DNA of 41,229 bases, taken from positions 42,203,290-42,244,518 of the forward strand of contig NC_068987.1 of assembly GCF_001194135.2 (NCBI RefSeq), in the 5' to 3' direction. Positions 37,437 through 41,229 of the stretch are shown here, piece by piece; the stretch's first letter is position 1, and each line of letters opens with the position of its first letter. The translations under genes and the position numbers were made by a program. The notes beneath the pieces are model-generated. The model saw only the letters and a program-made list of their open reading frames with translations, was not told the DNA's origin and searched no databases. The stretch is from Octopus bimaculoides (taxonomy: Eukaryota).

Positions 37437-37577
37437 ATAACAGGTGAAGCCAATGAAATGCAGATATTGGAATCACTTCGAAGGTATATATTGCGAGAGA
37501 AATACATCCAGAAATCACTTTACACATTGTTTAGCTTAACACAGAACTTAGAGAAGCCTCGCCAAGACATCATTAAG
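37437..37577 (+). CDS. zyg11: zyg-11 homolog, third coding exon (gene continues past the window)
   Basis: Acceptor TTTCAAG|ATA, phase 0. ITGEANEMQILESLRRY..SLYTLFSLTQNLEKPRQDIIK matches ZYG11 VSGEANETQIAEALKRY..LFSLT. Donor AAG|GTAAGT. Confidence 0.92.
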
Positions 37578-37616
37578 GTAAGTTGGTTTTCTGCTATGTT
37601 TTCTTTTATGGATACT

Positions 37617-37684
37617 CTTTTTCTTTCTTTCTTTCTTTCTTTCTTTCTTTCATTCTTTCATTCTTTCTTTCTTTCTTTCTTTCT
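37617..37684. repeat. (TTTC)n microsatellite just downstream of the exon 3 donor
   Basis: Read directly from the sequence. Confidence 0.95.
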
Positions 37685-38619
37685 TGTATAAATGCTTTTC
37701 TTAATAGTCTCTGAAGTCCAAGAAAGACAATTTTGTAATTTCTTGTTGAACAGATGATTTATTTATAGTAATTAAATGTTTGTGCTGTACAGGTTCATGG
37801 TGTGCGACATATTGGATGTTGCTGTAATGTATGGATGAACATACTGATATTTATCATCAACCACACCCCATCCCTTGTTCATCATTCACTACATTTATCT
37901 CTGTTCCCATTTCTAATCATTTGTCACCCTCCTCTCACACCCTAATTAACTTCTTCTCCTTCCCGCTGATCCTCTGTCCATATTCCCTTTTGTACTCACC
38001 TCTTTTGAGAATTACTCTGGCACCTTGCCATCACCATCTTTATATCCTCTATAGCAAGAAGCCTGTATTTGTCCCCCTATCACATCTTTCAATACACAAA
38101 ATAAAGTAATCTCCCCATTTGTCATATGCATTCGTACTCAGGTGAGGGACTTTTACTTTTCTTTTCCTGGTACATTCTGTAAAGTGGCTGGCATTAGGAA
38201 AGACACTCAACCATAGAAACCATACCAAAGCTGACAATGTAGCTTGATGCAGGTTTTTGGCTTATCAGATCCTCTCAAAATGTCTAACCATTGCCAGCAT
38301 AGAAAATGGATGTTAAATGATGATCATGTTGATGATGATGATGACAATGAAGACAATGACAAGGAGGATGAGAACAACAACAACGATGACGACAGCAGTA
38401 AACAATACGTAATATTTCCCCATGACCAAGTATATTTTTGCAGAATATTGGAAATGAACAATACAGTGTGTGTGTATATTTGTGTCCCCTTGTCATGATA
38501 CTGTGTGACAACTGTAAATGAATCACACAGTGTCATGACAAGAGACTACAAACATACATACATTTACATATGTACATATATAAATGCATACATACTCACT
38601 CACTCACTCCCTCCTTTCT

Positions 38620-38756
38620 ATTTGCTAAATCCACTCACAAGGCTATGGTTGGCCTGGCAATAAAGTAGAAAACACTTGCCCAAGGTGCCACACAGTGGGA
38701 CTGAACCATGTGGTTGAGAAGTAAACTCTTTAACCAAAGAACTATGCCTGCACCTA
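38620..38756 (-). mobile_element. SINE 5' half
   Basis: AAATCCACTCACAAGGC..ACACTTGCCCAAGGTGCCAC.CAGTGGGACTGAACC is the antisense of the SINE head. Confidence 0.75.
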
Positions 38757-39160
38757 TTCACAAGGTCAGTGATTTAAAACATTGCTGTAGTTCTGCTACA
38801 TTCATTTCATTCCTTGTTTTACACAGTATTTTGTTGGCTGTAGATGTTTAGCACAAATCAAAACATGTTTGTATTGTTAGGTTTATTAACTTGCATCATT
38901 AAAATCTTACAAAAATCAATTTGATTATGAAGTTCAAAGTTAACTGAACCTTCCAACTAGTTATTGGCAAAGATCTCTCTAAACAAACATATCTTAACCA
39001 TTCTTTACCATTACATGTAGAACAGTTTTTATTCAATGAAGTACAATGTCTTACTCAGTCTGGACAGGTTATGCAATCTATGGAGGACATTCAATTATAA
39101 AAATCTAGTTTCAACACCTTGTAAATCTCCCAACTTACATCTGTTCTCTTTCTTCATTCG

Positions 39161-39199
39161 TTTCTGTAGAAGGATGTAGGCTCAAAAGGTGAAAGACTT
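39161..39199 (+). ncRNA. Highly decayed solo copy of the PLE 3'-end hammerhead-like motif
   Basis: TTT-CTGTAGA-A-GGAT-GTAG-GCTC-AAAA-GGT-G-AAAGACTT parallels 2708-2743, and the downstream GTCTTTTGTTTTTT is also similar. Confidence 0.35.
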
Positions 39200-39830
39200 C
39201 TTCCATTTTTCCTTAGCACATTGGTTGTTGTTCCCTCACTTGTCTCTGTCTTTTGTTTTTTGAACCATATATATCATCATCTTTTAATGTCCCTTTTCCA
39301 TGCTGGCATGGGTTGCACAGTTGGAAAGATTCTGATGAAAGATTGTGTCTTCTAACAAGACTCTGCACTGTCTCATAAGGCTAGGACAACCCAAGCATGG
39401 TTGTGTACCAATCTCCATACTCTTGTTCTCCCAGACACATGGTCTCCTAGCTCACGAGATCTCAATCCACTAGACAATTATGTATGGCATATAGTTGAAG
39501 GAGAGGTCAATCAACTTCTCCATAATACCATATAATTTCTCAAATTCACCATAACCAACACTATGTCCAAAACTGATAGGAATCATTGAATAGACATGAT
39601 AAAAGTATTCTCAAGCTTATTTGCACTAGTTCTTGCTCCAATACAGCTTTTATTTGCTGAGCTATGCTTTTTTTCTAAATTCATATAAATGACCTAAAAA
39701 AGATGACACAACCTCTGTGTGTGTGTGTGTGTATAACAATCAATAATATGTACAAAGAAAATCATACATTTATTTTAGACCACAGCTTAAAAATCCAACA
39801 ATTGTTTCAATAGCATTAACGTATACATAC

Positions 39831-41110
39831 ATCATCATCATCATCATCGTTTAACGTCCGCTTTCCATGCTAGCATGGGTTGCACAATTTGACTGAGGAC
39901 TGGCAAGCCAGAAGGCTGCACCAGGCTCCAATCTGATCTGGCAGAGTTTCTACAGCTAGATGCCCTTCCTAACGCCAACCACTCCGAGAGTGTAGTGGGT
40001 GCTTTTACGTGCCACTGGCACAAGGGCCAGTCACACGGTACTGGCAACGGCCACGCTCAAAAAGGTGTTTTTTACGTGCCACCTGCACGGGAGCCAGTCC
40101 AGCGGCACTGGCAACGGCCTCGCTCGAATGATTTTCTAACGCGCCACCAGCAAAAGTACTTGAAAGCAACGCAGGTAACGATTACGCTCAAATGGTGCTA
40201 TTTACGGGCCACTAGCACGGAAGCCAGACAGCTGCTCTGGCAATGAACGTGCTCAACAGTGCTGTTAGTGCTCCACTGGCGCGGTGACCAGTCATCAAAT
40301 ATGGTTCAATTACAATTTCGATTTCACTTACCACAACAGGTCTTCGCAAGCAAAGTTTAGTGTCCAATGAAGGAGAGGTTGGCATGGGTACCAGTCGTCG
40401 GATTCGATTCGATTTCAATTTCAGATTTCAAATTCCAAATTCACTTGCCTCAACAGGTCTTCACAAGCAGAGTTTTTTAGTGTCCACTGAAGTAAAGATA
40501 CAGATTAGTGAGCTGGCTACACTTCTGGCAGAGATCACAGATTATGCTCTCACTTGCCTTGCTGGGTCTTCTCACGTACTGCATATTGCCAAAGGTCCCG
40601 ATCACTGGTCATTGCCTCGGTGAGGCCTAAAGTTCGAAGGTCATGCTTCACCACCTCATCCCAGATCTTCCTGGGTCTATCTCTTCCACAGGTTCCCTTA
40701 ACTGCTAGGGTGTGGCACTTTTTCACACAGCTATCCTCATCCATTCGCACCACATGTCCATACCAGCGCAATCGTCTCTCTTGCACACCACAACTGATGC
40801 TTCTTAGGTCTAACTTTTCTCTCAAGGTACTTACACTCTGTCGAGTATGCACACTTACATTACACATCCATCGGAGCATACTGGCTTCGTTTCTTGCAAG
40901 CTTACACATGTCCTCAGCAGTCACTGACCATGTTTCATTGCCATGTAGCATGGCTGTTCGTACACATGTGTCATACAGACTGCCTTTTACTCTGAGTGAC
41001 AGGCCCTTTGTCACCAGCAGAGGTAAGAGCTCTCTAAACTTTGCCCAGGCTATTCTTATTCTAGCAGCTACACTTTCAATGCCACCCCCTGTTACAAACA
41101 TGGTCACCTA
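39831..41110 (-). mobile_element. RTE LINE 3' portion (RT C-terminus, long 3'UTR, (GAT)n tail)
   Basis: Open 185-aa frame GGGIESVAARIRIAWAKFRELLPLL..MLHGNETW..RRLRWYGHVVRM..RPRKIW; tail at 39831-39849. Confidence 0.92.
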
Positions 41111-41229
41111 GGTAGTGGAAGCTATCAACTACTTCTAGTTTTTCACCCTGGAGTGTGGTAAAGGTTGTTTTCTTCACATTCTCAGTGTTTATTGCTCCTG
41201 AGCATCTGCCACATACAAAAACTATCTTG

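Noticed and set aside
37441-37443. Alternative CAG acceptor for exon 3
   Set aside because: It would shift the frame relative to the phase-0 donor at 33272; the AAG acceptor at 37434-36 keeps ITGEANE.
29699-41111. Plus-strand ORFs 29699-30118 and 40554-41111
   Set aside because: Antisense shadows of the RTE coding frame.

Overview
Repeat-rich eukaryotic (animal) genomic DNA with three N-gaps. The SINE, RTE and microsatellite content resembles cephalopod (Octopus-like) DNA; that assignment is an inference. One host gene is supported: a + strand zyg-11 homolog (ZYG11B-like, CUL2-Elongin BC substrate receptor) with three phase-consistent coding exons (14635-15485, 33160-33271, 37437-37577), continuing beyond the window. 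The rest is mostly decayed mobile elements: a near full-length Neptune-like Penelope-like element (PLE), RTE and CR1-group LINE pieces, tRNA-derived SINEs, two Tc1/mariner elements with TIRs and TA duplications, and another DNA transposon fragment. The most notable item is a non-coding element at 12997-13881, about 750 bp upstream of the first coding exon. It is built from ~340-nt monomers in tandem plus inverted arrangement and flanked by a probable 14-bp TSD. Its monomers carry a minimal type I hammerhead ribozyme with a palindromic stem III, which makes it retrozyme-like. A second, variant-core hammerhead-like motif lies at the PLE 3' end, with a solo copy near 39.2 kb. Coordinates of decayed repeats are approximate.
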